This document shows positions 27,559 through 40,560 of a stretch of 64,000 nt of DNA, piece after piece. Position numbers and translations under genes: made by a program. The stretch is from Octopus sinensis. Lineage: Eukaryota. Under the pieces are notes generated by a model. The model was not told the origin of the DNA. It was given only the letters and a program-made list of their open reading frames with translations, and ran no database searches. Every line of letters begins with the position of its first letter. The first letter of the stretch is position 1. Location of the stretch: contig NC_043004.1 of the NCBI RefSeq assembly GCF_006345805.1, forward strand, positions 61,070,001 through 61,134,000. The letters run 5' to 3'.

Positions 27559-27794
27559 GTGTGTGTGTGTGTGTGTGTGTGAGTTTGTGTGTCTGTGTTT
27601 GTCCCTCCAACATCGCTTGACAACCGATGGTGGTGTGTTTACGTCTCCGTAACTTAGCGGTTCGGCAAAAGAGACCGATAGAATAAGTACTAGGCTTACA
27701 AAGAATAAGTCCTGGGGTCGATTTGCTCGACTAAAGGCGGTGCTCCAGCATGGCCACAGTCAAATGACTGAAACAAGTAAATGAGTAAAAGAGT
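27064..27794 (+). mobile_element. SINE family A with tandem duplication of its 3' half
   Basis: Full copy at 27064-27514 followed by a near-identical repeat of microsatellite plus tail at 27515-27794. Confidence 0.9.
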
Positions 27795-27841
27795 ATATAT
27801 ATATATTTATCTGCACAGAGAGAAAGGGAAGTGAGAGAGGG

Positions 27842-27880
<39 letters not shown>

Positions 27881-27885
27881 GAGAT

Positions 27886-27916
<31 letters not shown>

Positions 27917-28415
27917 AGGGGGAGATTAGACTTCTGCCAGAGAAAACAATAAATGCAATAAAGTGATCCCATGATGATCCGTTGAAGATGTAGGCTGCCA
28001 ACGGTGAGCTCCAAGTAGCTGTAAAGGTAAAACGTACGTAAGACTTAATAATTCTTACTTCTGTTATCTCAATTTTTCCCTACATATGCTCTGTGTATCA
28101 TAACTAATGACACATGTGCGCAGTGGTAGACTAACAACTAAACTGGAAGATGAATGGTTAATGATAATCTATGTAGAGCCCTAGCTCATACAGTAGTAGT
28201 CGTACACAAAAGATATATGTATGCATGTATGTGGGTATACACGCGCACACACATACACACACATACAGATATGGAAGTGTGTAGGGCGTGTGTATTATAT
28301 AGTTTGTATGTGTATATAAATAAATATATATATACACATATATATATATATGCATGTAGGTGTTGTATATACATGCACATACATGTGTATACATGTGTGT
28401 GTATGCATGTATATA

Positions 28416-28468
<53 letters not shown>

Positions 28469-28718
28469 TGAGCAAGTTGGTGTGTGAAAGAACGTGGTTG
28501 AATATATAGAATATAGTAAAAAGTGAAAAAACTACAGAAGGCTTGTTTTAAAAGGTTAAAAAATATATATTTGAGTCATTATTTCAGAAAAATGTTATAA
28601 ATTTTTTTCATACAGTGACATAGTTTTTGAAGAAATTACCGGTTTCGTGTATAAGTTTTCAAATTTCAAATTAACCTTTTAAAATAAGCCTTCTGTAGTT
28701 TTTTCACTTTTTACTATT

Positions 28719-28727
<9 letters not shown>
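28469..28727 (-). mobile_element. Short fold-back element in (TA)n, ~57-bp inverted repeat (28502-28559 / 28671-28727)
   Basis: Arms are reverse-complementary; the spacer has minus-strand CGAAAC-CG-GTA (HHR 3' half) at 28637-28647. Confidence 0.65.
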
Positions 28728-28761
<34 letters not shown>

Positions 28762-28929
28762 ATATTATATATGATACACACAGACTGTTTTGCACACAAG
28801 AATAACTCACAGAGAGTTTAACTTGGAACGATGTAATTACGAAATACACTTATGTTTATCTGAATATCAGAAGTATGATTCTATAGAGTTCAAACACTAA
28901 ACGTGGTAGAAATTCATATCCTGCATATG

Positions 28930-29254
28930 GGAGCATTCCGTCGGTTGCGATAACGAAGGTCCCAGCTGATACGATCAACGGCACATCTTGCTCGTGAATT
29001 TAACGTGCAAGTGACTGAGCACTCCTCAAACACCTGTACCCTTAATGTAGTTCTCGGAGAGATTCAGCATAATACAGAGTATGACAAGGACGGCCCTTTG
29101 AAATACAGTTACAACTCATTTTTGCCAGCTGAGTGGACTGGAGCAACGTGAAAGAAAGTGTCTTGCTCAAGGACCCAACGCGCCGCCGGGAATTGAACTC
29201 ACAACCTTACGATCATGAGCCGAATGCCCCTAACCACTAAGCCACGCGCCTTCA
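28930..29254 (-). mobile_element. SINE family B variant
   Basis: Homologous to 8036-8354. Confidence 0.85.
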
Positions 29255-30297
29255 CAATCCTGCATATACTCGCACATTAGATACACCAACAAACATAGTC
29301 GTGGAGATTTACATACGTAGAAATTAAACACAAAATACATACTCATACACACAGATACGTAAGCATCGTGCAAAAGCCGTCTAGCGTACATGTACACATA
29401 TATACCTATGTAAATACACACTCATATTCAAACTATATAAAACTACACAAAAAATCAATACCCCTACACATAATGACAAAAGCACATAAAAACAGGAACA
29501 GATAAACACACAGTCGCACGCATTCATTAAATATGAAAATAACGTTTTCCCGACCAGGTTGAAGAACAAGACTTATTAAACAATTACTATTAATGTTGGA
29601 AAGCATTATTCTACTGAGGAATTGTAATTGGTACCTAAACATTATAACTTGCTTTGTACAACATTCTCTTTGCTCACCTAAGATTTTATGATTATTTAAT
29701 GGTGCATTTAAAGGGTTTGTAATGAGGCGGCTTTTAATAGCTGGCTGTTTAAACTTAACTTAGAATGGAAATATATTGAAATATGAAATATTAATTACTT
29801 GGACAGAGTTTGTCGACGAAGGGATGATTACTTCAAACGTAAGGGGAACATGTATGTGTGATATCCAGGTTTGTTACCTAATACGTGGATAAGAAAGTGT
29901 GAATGTACATCAACCATCAAAACATAACAAGCATCGGGAAAATATGCTTTTGTGTACTGAAGCGAGTAAGGGAAATTTATTTAAGAGAAACTTTTCATGA
30001 ACTAAAACTATGCATATATATATATATATATGTATGTATGTAGTTATACTCTGTTTTGTATGAGTTACTTTGGTAATTATGAAACGTCCCTTAGGAGCTA
30101 GAAGCAGCGGTAATTTTAATAAATCAAACATTTCTGTTGTAAGGTATTTGCTCGACTAATAGCGGTGCTACAGCATGGCCACAGTCAAATAACTGAAACA
30201 AGTAAAAGAAAAAAGAAAGAACAGAAAGAATATATATTATTTATGTTACTATTTGATTGAACGACACGCATCCATTTCCAAGTAAGTTTATCTTAAT

Positions 30298-30600
30298 GGA
30301 TGGAAGCACTCCGTCGGTTACGACGATGAGGGTTCCGGTTGATCCGAATCAACGGAACAGCCTGCTCGTGAAATTAACGTGTAAGTGACTGAGCACTCCA
30401 CAGACAGAAACAGGAAGTAAGAGTGAGAGAAAGTTGTGGTGAAAGAGTACAGCAGGGATCACCACCATCCCCTGCCGGAGCCTCGTGGAGCTTTAGGTGT
30501 TTTCGCTCAATAAACACTCACAACGCACGGTCTGGGAATCGAAACCGCGATCCTATGACCGCGAGTCCGCTGCCCTAACCACTGGGCCATTGCGCCTCCA
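30298..30600 (-). mobile_element. SINE family B with internal deletion
   Basis: Matches 37753-38142 but lacks the central segment (junction CACAGACA/GAAACAGG); probable TSD GTTTATCT(T/C)AAT. Confidence 0.88.
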
Positions 30601-31231
30601 CGTTTATCTCAATATCTTTGATGCAACTCTACACTGTTCTCCATCCTTATCGTTTACTCTCTCATCCTTTCTCTAATTCCTTTTTCTCCCCTACACCGTT
30701 ATCTATCGGTCTCTCTCCCTCTTTTGCCTTTAATCTTTTCGTTGCTCACACATGACCATCGTCCATCTTTCTTTGCCTCACGTGATCACCTTCCTTTTCC
30801 TTCAGTGCTGTCGTAAAGACTGCTTGTATCCTATCTCTATCTCTCTCCATTCTATCTTTTCTCTTGTTAAAGAAAATATTTCTCCAGCGTTCACTGTTTT
30901 ACCTTTGTCTGGTTTAACGACCCTCCGTGTTTGTTTTCTTTTGGTTTCCTTGTATTCTCCACTATCCTGTTTTTGTTACCAACTTTGACTCTCCATAAAT
31001 CCCAAATTGTATTTTGGCTTTTGTGGGAGCAACTCTTGTGGGAGCTCATATTGTCGTACAATGCTCGAAATGAAGAGTAGATGGAATGCAGACAACTGAT
31101 GAAGGGTCGTTCTTTATGATACAAATCCTGTTTCCTATTTGTTTCTCTCATTGTTTGCAAAAGACGAAGGCAGGTGGAATACAAACAAACAATTGTATTA
31201 GTATGGCGCTCAGGAATATAAATAAAACAAG

Positions 31232-31269
31232 TCTTTTACGTTTCGAGCCTACGCTCTTCAACAGAAAGA
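31232..31269 (-). ncRNA. Minimal hammerhead-like motif in PLE 3' terminal repeat
   Basis: UCUUU-CUGUUGA-A-GAGC-GUAG-GCUC-GAAAC-GUA-AAAGA; 5-bp stem I, 4-bp stem II, ACGU palindrome. Confidence 0.65.
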
Positions 31270-31988
31270 TACACAGAAAAGAAACACAGAAAGAAACAAG
31301 GAGAAAAAAAAATGCGTGCAGAGGCTAGCGAATCATGGCGATGTGATTTCTGCCAGAAGTCAAAGATCAAACGTGAGACGCAAGAGCGAAATAAGGGGAG
31401 ATAATAGGGTTAAATGACCTCGCCCCAACATAAAAGTGTGTGTGTGTATGAGAGGGTATGTAGTGCGTATGAGAGATCTGGACGTGTGTATGTATATATG
31501 ATGTGATGTGTAAAGTCGTATGGTGTAGTGTAGAGAGAGGAGATGAGGGGGAGAGAGGAAGAGGGGGAGGTAAGGGTGAGAGAGAGGAGAGATGAGAAGG
31601 AGAGAGGGGAGGGGGAGATGAGATGAGGGGTGAGGGTGAGGGGGAGAAGGAAAGAGGAGAAGAGGGGCTAAGGGGGAGAAGGAAGGAGAGGAGAAGAGGA
31701 GGGGAGAGGAGGAGGGATGATAGAGGGAGAGAGAGAGAGAAGGGGAGTGAGGGAGCAGAGAGAAAGAGGGAAGGGGAAGAGAAAGAGAAGGGGAGTGAGG
31801 GAGCAGAGAGAAAGAGGGAAGGGGAAGAGGGAAGAAGAAAGAGGGAAGAAGAAAGAGGGAAGAGGAAGAGGGAAGAAGAAAGAGGGAAGAAGAAAGAGGG
31901 AAGAAGGGAAGAGGAGTAGGAGTGAAAGGATGAAGGACTGAAGAGAAGTCGGGGTCAGGGGTGTTAGATGAGGAGGGGGAGAGGGGGG

Positions 31989-33071
31989 TTAGAAGAGGAG
32001 GGGGAGAGGGGGGTTAGATGAGGAGGGGGGAGAGTTGAGACCAAATTGCGTAAAAGAGCGAAGAGAGAAGATTAATTCCTGTTCACGGCGCAAACGGGAA
32101 TCCGGATGGCCTCTGTGCAAGGACAAACCGAACACAGACAGGTGTTGCAAGGAGTGACCGGTGGAGCGGAAATGGCGTGAGACCGGTGTGTCGTTGGCAA
32201 GGCGGATGTCACGGAGGTGTTCCGCGAACCGGTCAGCCAAGCGGCGTCCCGTTTGTCCGATGTACAGGGAATGGCAGAGAGAGCAAGAGACGCAATAGAT
32301 GATATTGCTGGAGGTGCAGGTGAAGGAGTTGATGATGCGATAGGGTCGATGATGGGTGCCAGTGAGGAGGGTGGTGTTGGAGAGGTAAGGACAAGTGCGG
32401 CAACGTGGGCGGGAGCAGGGGAACGAGCCAGGTTGGGAGGTAGGGTCAGGGAAGGAGCTATGGACCAAAAGGTCTCGTAGGTTATGGGCTCGTTTGAAAG
32501 AGGGGAGGGGTCGGTTAGGGAAGAGGTGTGAAGTGGACGGGTCGGACTGGAGATGCTGGAAAGCTCGAAGAATGGTGCGTTGGAGAGGTAGGGTCGTGGG
32601 GTGGTAAGTGAGGGGAAAAGGGAGGCGGGAGACTACAGGGCGGGTCCGGGGAGAGAGAGCAGATGCACGGTCTACGGAATGTGGTCTGGCAAGAGCGGTG
32701 TGGATAGTGGTGAGGGGATATCCACGTAGGATGATGTGGTAAGCCATACGTTGAAACTGAGTCTCAAAGTCATGGTCGTCACTACGTAGACGGAGGAATT
32801 GGGAATAGGGGATGGAAAGCTTGGTGTGTTCTGGGTGGGAGGAAGAGAAGTTGAGGTATGAGTGTGAGTCTGTGTGTTTGTAGTGAATGGAGGTGGTAAG
32901 AGTGGAGTGAAGAATGCTGACCGAAATGTCGAGGGAGGAGACAGAGGTGTTGGAGATAGTGTAGGTGAAGTGGAGGGCTGGATGGAAAGATTGAACGAAA
33001 GAGAGGAAGGGATCTAGATGTTCACGGGAGAGTGAGGTGGCACCGATAATGTCGTCAATGTAACGACCGTA
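31989..33071 (-). CDS. PLE polyprotein C-terminal part: RT (YIDD), thumb, Cys linker, GIY-YIG endonuclease; no true start codon
   Basis: RYIDD, LDISV, YLNFSSSHP..K.SIPYSQFLRLR, RGYP, NLRDLLV, CSRPRCRTC, NIIYCVSCSLCHSLYIGQTGRRLADRFAEH, RE..LI...GLN; 361 open codons. Confidence 0.92.
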   Translation of the reverse strand, partial: YGRYIDDIIGATSLSREHLDPFLSFVQSFHPALHFTYTISNTSVSSLDISVSILHSTLTTSIHYKHTDSHSYLNFSSSHPEHTKLSIPYSQFLRLRSDDHDFETQFQRMAYHIILRGYPLTTIHTALARPHSVDRASALSPRTRPVVSRLPFPLTYHPTTLPLQRTILRAFQHLQSDPSTSHLFPNRPLPSFKRAHNLRDLLVHSSFPDPTSQPGSFPCSRPRCRTCPYLSNTTLLTGTHHRPYRIINSFTCTSSNIIYCVSCSLCHSLYIGQTGRRLADRFAEHLRDIRLANDTPVSRHFRSTGHSLQHLSVFGLSLHRGHPDSRLRREQELIFSLRSFTQFGLNSPPSSSNPPLPLLF

Positions 33072-33187
33072 TATATGTATATAATGTATATATATAAATG
33101 TATATATATAAATAAATATAAATATATATGTATATATATTATTGATATCATTATTTGATTGAGCGCCATGCATCCATTTCCAAGTAA

Positions 33188-33252
<65 letters not shown>

Positions 33253-33862
33253 TATATGTCAATCGTTATTAATACAATGAAAACAAATATTCTTGAACTC
33301 ACACGCACACACGTACCGTCCACGACTGTACACCCCTATACACTAGTACTAATATACTAGGTTCGGGTACACAACTTTATTTAATCTGCATGTATAAATA
33401 AGTTCTAGCACTCGTCCATAATTTATTAAGAGAATCAACCATGTTGCTCTGAAATCTCTTTCCACCAATGCGTATGAGACCATATTCCGTCTATATCATT
33501 TCCAATCTTTCCACACCCCACCTTTTTCAACGTTACACAAAAGAATGCATATTTGTTTGTCGCTCGCCAGTTTCTTTCATTTACACATTGTCTTTCTTAT
33601 ATCTAACCGTTGAAGAATAGCTTCAACATAAAACATCAAACACACTTCCACTTCCTTCATCTTTCATTGAACGTTAAACTAATTATTAGAGTTTGTTTTC
33701 ATCTTGTATTCAGTGTTGTCATTATCGTCTTAAATTTTGAACACACTCAAATGTATAAACTTTTACAAAGTATATACAAATTTGTGTGTGTTTGTGTATC
33801 TGAGTGTATATCTATAGATGTATAAATTCATGTATATACAATACATATGTATGGGCGAGGAA

Positions 33863-33953
<91 letters not shown>

Positions 33954-34014
33954 CATACATATATATATATATACACACATATATATATATATATAATATA
34001 TATATACATATATA

Positions 34015-34047
<33 letters not shown>

Positions 34048-34216
34048 ATATATATATATATAATATATATATATATTACATATATATATATACATATATA
34101 TACATATATATATATGTACATATATATATATGTGTGTGTGTATATGTATGTATATATGTACGTATGTATGTGTTTCTGCATGTACGTGTATATATATATA
34201 TATATATATATTTGTA

Positions 34217-34249
<33 letters not shown>

Positions 34250-34628
34250 ACGCGTGTGTGTACCAGTGCAGAACCGAGAGCAGCAAAGCATGAGAAAATT
34301 AGCCATTCGATAGCGATCAATAAAATATGTAGTAACTAAATATCAAATCTGTTATTATAAGCTGTAGACATCACCAATTTCTTTGTCCTGCACTTTGAAC
34401 ATATTTTCTCAAAATAATAAAAAAAAAGGTGTGGCAAGTGACATAATGATAGAAAGAAAATGAAATCAAGTCCTGTCAAGCTGCGTCTGTAATCCAGTTT
34501 CGATTCCAGCTATAGTGTATTCACATCTCTTATATCATTAGAAAATACATTCAAGCAGGCACATCAGGCACATCCTTAGCACGACAGGCAAAATTCTCAG
34601 CCGCATTTTGTCCTTCTTTAACCTCTAT

Positions 34629-35046
34629 TACTCTTTTACTCTTTTACTTGTTTCAGTCATTTGACTGCGGCCATGCTGGAGCACCGCCTTTAGTCGAGCA
34701 AATCGACCCCGGGACTTATTCTTTGTAAGCCCAGTACTTATTCTATCGGTCTCTTTTGCCGAACCGCTAGGTGACGGGGACGTAAACATACCAGCATCGG
34801 TTGTCAAGCAATGCTAGGGGGACAAACACAGACACACAAACATATACACACACACGTATATATATATATATACATATATACGACAGGCTTCTTTCAGTTT
34901 CCGTCTACCAAATCCACTCACAAGGCTTTGGTCGGCCCGGGGCTATAGCAGAAGACACTTGCCCAAGATGCCACGCAGTGGGACTGAACCCGGAACCATG
35001 TGGTTGGTTAGCGAACTACTTACCACACAGCCACTCCTGCGCCTAT
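34629..35046 (-). mobile_element. SINE family A, full length
   Basis: Reverse complement of the family A consensus. Confidence 0.92.
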
Positions 35047-35154
35047 AGCCACTCCTGCGCCTATAGCCACTCCTGCGCCTATAGCCACTCCTGCGCCTAT
35101 AGCCACTCCTGCGCCTATAGCCACTCCTGCGCCTATAGCCACTCCTGCGCCTAT
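35029..35154. repeat. 7 perfect tandem copies of 18-bp AGCCACTCCTGCGCCTAT (SINE 5' end)
   Basis: Direct reading; no spacers. Confidence 0.95.
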
Positions 35155-35635
35155 CTCTATGTTCAAATTCCTCCGGAATCGTCTTTGCCTTCCATACTTT
35201 TGTAGTCGATAAGATAAGTACCAGTTGTGCACTGGTTTCGGCGTAATCGTGGTACCCCACCCACGAAATTGCTTACCTTGATCCAAAATTGGAAACCATT
35301 ATATTTTTTTGAAAGTAAGTTGGTAAGGTGGTTTGGGTGTTGGCTAGAATTTATCCCTATTCTTTGCCTCCCGAGTTCAAAGCCTACTAAATTTAACTTT
35401 TGCTTTCAAACTTCGGTGGTCTATTCAGAAAAGTAACAATGGAAAGCAAGGGATTTGGGAGCATCGGACGGTAAGTCTGGCAGTAACTTTTCAACCGGTT
35501 TCATTCGAATGGCAAAGCTTGCAGTGACATAGTTGCTAAAATGTTTCAGTCATAAAACAACATTTTTTTCTCAGTCAGTATCGATGATATGAAGAGGGGA
35601 GACCTGTATGAGAAGTCAACTGCCAGTTTCCATAT

Positions 35636-36020
35636 GGATGGAAGCACTCCGTTGGTTACGACGTCGAGGGTTCCGGTTGATCCGATCAACGGAACAGCCT
35701 GCTCGTGAAATTAACGTGTAAGTGGCTGAGCACTCCATAGACACGTGTACCCTTAACGTAGTTCTTGGGGGTATTCAGCGTGACACAGAGAGTGACAAGG
35801 CCGGCCCTTTGAAATACAGGTATAACAGAAACAGGAAGTAAGAGTGAGAGAAAGTTGCGATGAAAGAGTACAGCAAGGATCACCACCATCCCTGCCGGAG
35901 CCTCGTGGAGCATTAGGTGTTTTCGCTCAATAAACACTCACAACGCCCGGTCTGGGAATCGAAACCGCGATCCTACGACCGCGAGTCCGCTGCCCTAACC
36001 ACTGGGCCATTGCGCCTCCA
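35636..36020 (-). mobile_element. SINE family B, full length
   Basis: TSD CC(A/G)GTTTCCATAT at 35623-35635 and 36021-36033. Confidence 0.92.
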
Positions 36021-37752
36021 CCGGTTTCCATATAATCCCTTGATTACGTCTGCATTCATCTCTGGAATTACATATTCAAGCCTGCCCTAAGAAATTCCTA
36101 TGAAAACCGTTTACTGTTATTGGCACACAACCGCACACTTTCTATAGGGTGAAGTGGGGTGAGCCTATTAGAAAAACTCTACAACTTTTCGACTGGTACT
36201 TGGTTTTATGGACTCGGTCAAATTGAAGGCTATCACGATCCTTGCAACTTTCAAACTTGCAGGCCTCAACCTAACGGCACATATATAAAACATCGCATAA
36301 TATTCTCCCCAGCACTCTACCAATTCTGTCGCTTCTCTGTTCTCTTTCTGTCTAATATTAAACATCTATATTCTCATGTAGATCTCCATCACTCACTTTT
36401 GATTCCTGGTCGATGTATTAATTACTCATGTAACTATAGAAAAAAAAAATCCTTTTAAAACACATTCTTGAACAGCTTCCAAGGAAGAAAGAAATATCTA
36501 GTTTTGATGAAAGGCTGTTTGGACGACTTCTTTTTTTCCCTGATCATTATCAATGAGGGTGTGGTTTATGATTAAACTTGACCCTGCTTCACTATCTCTA
36601 CAAAATTCCTCGAAGATCGCAGCAGTAAAATTCTAGATAACAGTGTTAAACTTTAGTACGATAGCACAACAAGCACTTATCCTCCGTCACTATGTATTAG
36701 CGATTTAGGATGCAAATGGAATCAGCCAGCCAACCATTCGCCATTCACTTTGATGTATGTATGTATGTATGTATGTATGTATGTATGTATGTATGTATGT
36801 ATGTATGAATGTGCGTGCGTATGTGTGTATATTATTTGTGTTAACTGAGAATTTTAGTACCTGAAAGTTGATTGCATTCCGTGAATTGTTAAACAAGCCT
36901 CCAGGTTAAAGTTAAATGCCAGTCAACACGAATTGTATGATAAATTTAAATTTTCTCTCGTTATTGTGTCTTCACGTTTCTAAGTGTTCCGTTGTTACAC
37001 TTGTTTTAAAATAACGCAGACAAGCACACACACGCGCGCGCACGCACACACAAACACACACGCGCACGCATACACACCCGTACACACACGCGCACGCACA
37101 CACAACCACGTATACACATGCGCGCGCACGTGCACATACCTAAATATGCTGTATATCATATAGTTCAACCTACTTTAAAAATGAGAATATCACTATGAAA
37201 AATGTAGTAGTAGACAATCTATACCTGAACGGTTATTACTGATGCACTTTTCCTCTGAGCTGATCGAATTCTAAACAGCAACAATAGCTCTCAGTGACTA
37301 AGATACCGCGTCAGTTCCTGAGTAACATTTGTGCGTCAGCAATGAAAGATTTAGCGAAAATTGGGTGGTTGTAACAATCAACGGGGTTATTTTCAAATTG
37401 CGCTTACTTGGCACTGATAATCTGATTTCACCTCATCTAATATAGAAAACGGAGATTTATACAAAATGCCTTCTTAAATTACCTTTAGCTTTAGCAGTAT
37501 ATTACGAACAGAGCAGGAGCAAAAGTTTTGTACTGATATTTGCAGACAGTATTAGTTCTGTCTTTTAGACAATGAGATTTTTTTTATATTCTGTGAAAAT
37601 TTACTACTATAGCTTTAGGAATTTTTCCTTGATATACAAATACAATTCACTTTATCCTACATTTCCTGTTTGATTTAGCACACTAAGTTTAGAAGTAATG
37701 GGCTTATATGTCTTTCGAACATATGTGGTTTAAATCAAATCGAATCTATGTT

Positions 37753-38142
37753 GGAATGGAAGCACTCCGTCGGTTACGACGACGAGGGTTCCGGTTGATC
37801 CGAATCAACGGAACAGCCTGCTCGTGAAATTAACGTGTAAGTGGCTGAGCACTCCACAGACACGTGTACCCTTAACGTAGTTCTCGGGGATATTCAGCGT
37901 GACACAGAGAGTGACAAGGCCGGCCCTTTGAAATACAGGTACAACAGAAACAGGAAGTAATAGTGGGAGAAAGTTGCGGTGAAAGAGTACAGCAGGGATC
38001 ACCACCATCCCCTGCCGGAGCCTCGTAGAGCTCTTAGTTGTTTTCGCTCAATAAACACTCACAACGCCCGGTCTGGGAATCGAAACCGCGATCCTATGAC
38101 CGCGAGTCCGCTGCCCTAACCACTGGGCCATTGCGCCTCCAC
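37753..38142 (-). mobile_element. SINE family B, full length, young
   Basis: Perfect 12-bp TSD CGAATCTATGTT at 37741-37752 and 38143-38154. Confidence 0.94.
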
Positions 38143-40169
38143 CGAATCTATGTTACACAGCGTTAGAAAAAAATACTTAGAGCTTAGAGAGAAAGAGTAT
38201 AAGGAGGAAATCTGTCGGTTTCTTTTTATTTTTCTTTTGTAAGATTATTTAGTACATTTCTCTGTATTAAAAAGTGCAGATAGAATCTAGCAAAGTCTGG
38301 CATAAACGCCAGGCCTCGCAAGTTATAGTATTGTGACAGATGCCATAGATTAAGGATTATGCATCTGAGAATAGAAACCATAGCGACGTTCGATTCTTAG
38401 TTGTAGCTAATTAACTCCACCACGTGACAGAAGAATTAGATAAAAAAGTTATAATTGAAACTTCTCCTTACCCAAACACAAATTCTGTGAAGAGACCCTT
38501 TGGCGCTAGCCTATTTCTCAATAAAATAAAATAGAATAAAACCAATCTGGAGTTCAATTCTCCTTAAAAATTTTGTGAACCAAAATTCTACACGGATAGG
38601 GTTTATATGCAGCTTGGTTGCATCGAAAATCTGGAAGTTGAAGCCTTTCTTCCAAAAGCCCTTGGCTATAGCATGGACATTTGTCCATGCCATAAGTAGA
38701 ACTTAAATTTTACTGCTAAAAACTAAACACGTCAGTTATACAGAGCGTCTGTTGCTCACTGCAGTGCCATGTGAGGTACACAGTACTCAGTCGTACATGT
38801 ATAAAGCTTACCTGGGTTCATTTTTTAAAGAACAAAGTGTTTGAGCCTCAAGCACGTTGTTGAAGCAGCAGTGAGATATGAACACTAGGCTCTATCGCTT
38901 GTTGTACGCAAAGGAACTTTACTTGTTCTAGCGTTCTGAGATCTGAGTAATCATGCCTAAATTGACTTTGACTTTCAACAGGTCGGGCTTGTTGCCCATT
39001 TCTCTCTCTCTCTCTTACTCCTCTGTCTCCCTCTCTTTTCTCTCTCGCTTTCTCTCCCTTCCTCTCTCACTCATCGAACCGGCTTCACTGAAGGGACCTA
39101 GAAAGGATCCTCACCATTCCCTTCACTACCACACTACGAGGTATTAAGAAAGACAGAAATGAACTGAATATTTTATTGTTATGGAAAAAAGAAGACGAGA
39201 AACAAGTCGTATTCATAAACGGTTCACGGAGCAAAGGGAGGTAATGTTCCTTAAATAATAATCAACGGAAAATAATATTCATTTTCGTGACAACAAAACA
39301 ATTCAATCGTTCTGGTTTGATGTCACCAGTGAAGCACAAACAAAACTAACTCGACAGACTAATAAACGAAACGAATAATTATAGGCATACACCACGATAC
39401 GAAGGCATTGCTGTCCTAAAACGTTTGCAGTAACGTAGAATTCTGTAACGTGAAATTTACTTTACGATTGCCTTTCATTTTACGTACCATACTAGTCAAC
39501 GAGGAAATCGGATCAAGACTTTTCAGGAACGTAATGATTCCATATCGTGGGAAACGTTGTGCTTTGTAGACTAAACTAACAGTATCCTATGATTCTTATT
39601 GCATACAACGAGTGCAACACCACCACCATTTTCCTTTATTTGCTTTCAGAGTAAGAGAAAGGTCCAGAAGCGTTAGATTTTTTCTTACTTCTTACATTTT
39701 ATTACAGATGAACTTGTTTAATTCTCTCGTGAGATCTCTTCTGCACTTTATGTTGCCGACACCAGTTTTATTCGGATTCTGATTCTTACAATATTTAACG
39801 TCAGTAATATAAAATATTGATGTGTTTTCGTTTAGAATTGTTAATTAGGGCAATTAATTAATCAAATTCATTCAATATTTGACTAAGTGTTGGATATAAA
39901 ACCTCTTAGTACTATACTCGTTAATCAAATCTCTGACAATGTTTGCTAACTAAATACTAACTGAAGTGTCCTGGAGAATGTAAATATCGTAGGCGGCACT
40001 TTATCGTTTTATAAATTAAGTGATCGAATATTTGCATCTTGTTATTGTTGCACCATTGATTAGGAACCAATGGGTATAACCTCTTTCTATTTTACTTGTA
40101 GATTCTGGAGACGGACCGATGCTTATGGCTTTTACAGGCCCTCACAAACGGGTAAGAGTGATGCAATTA

Positions 40170-40560
40170 AAGTAATTGAACTATTGTAACAAAACTTACG
40201 GAAGTCATGAGCAGGAGGGAATTCCGGCGCGCTTGTATTCTAGGATAGAAGGACTGGTCGGAAGAATTATATCAAGGGTGGTTACAACACAGGTGGTGAG
40301 AGGGGAGAAAACTGGGACGGGAATGCCTACGCAGATGTGGCATAAAGCCAATCAGTTCTAAGGAGTAGAGGTTCTGAGGAGCAGAGATTCGGTTGAAAAG
40401 GAAGCAAGAGAGAGGACAGAGCGTGCTTGTGGATTAGAAGCTGGAAATTTGTGTGTAAGTGATTACTTGACATTCGGCCGGATGATCCTTTTGTGGATGC
40501 ATTCTTAAATATATCTGTGTGATGCAGCAGCGCTTTCCCAGATGTACAAGTTGCACTCAA
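40170..40560 (-). mobile_element. Decayed CR1/L2-like LINE 3' end
   Basis: Minus frame SFYPRIQARRNSL resembles the SFFPRTxxLWNSLP C-terminal motif. Confidence 0.45.

Larger units (their letters stand above)
31150..33071 (-). mobile_element. 5'-truncated Penelope-like element (Neptune-like, Cys-rich linker)
   Basis: RT-C/GIY-YIG ORF, pyrimidine-rich 3' spacer on the minus strand, HHR-bearing terminal repeat; the 5' break abuts (TA)n. Confidence 0.92.

Noticed and set aside
31623-31941. Arg/Glu/Gly-rich ORFs
   Set aside because: Low-complexity GA-rich spacer of the PLE 3' region.
32217-32607. Plus-strand ORFs inside the PLE
   Set aside because: Antisense shadows of the GC-rich PLE ORF.
33072-33323. 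N-terminal part of the 444-aa ORF
   Set aside because: Read-through of microsatellite and flank beyond the PLE truncation point; not part of the protein.
33763-34339. Many overlapping ORFs rich in YI/HT/CV repeats (also near 2.9, 9.7, 15.7, 16.5, 23.8 and 28.2 kb)
   Set aside because: Translations of (TA)n, (CA)n and (TG)n microsatellites that lack stop codons; not genes.
35029-35154. Possible CRISPR-like array
   Set aside because: Repeats are contiguous without spacers, derive from a SINE end, and the context is eukaryotic.
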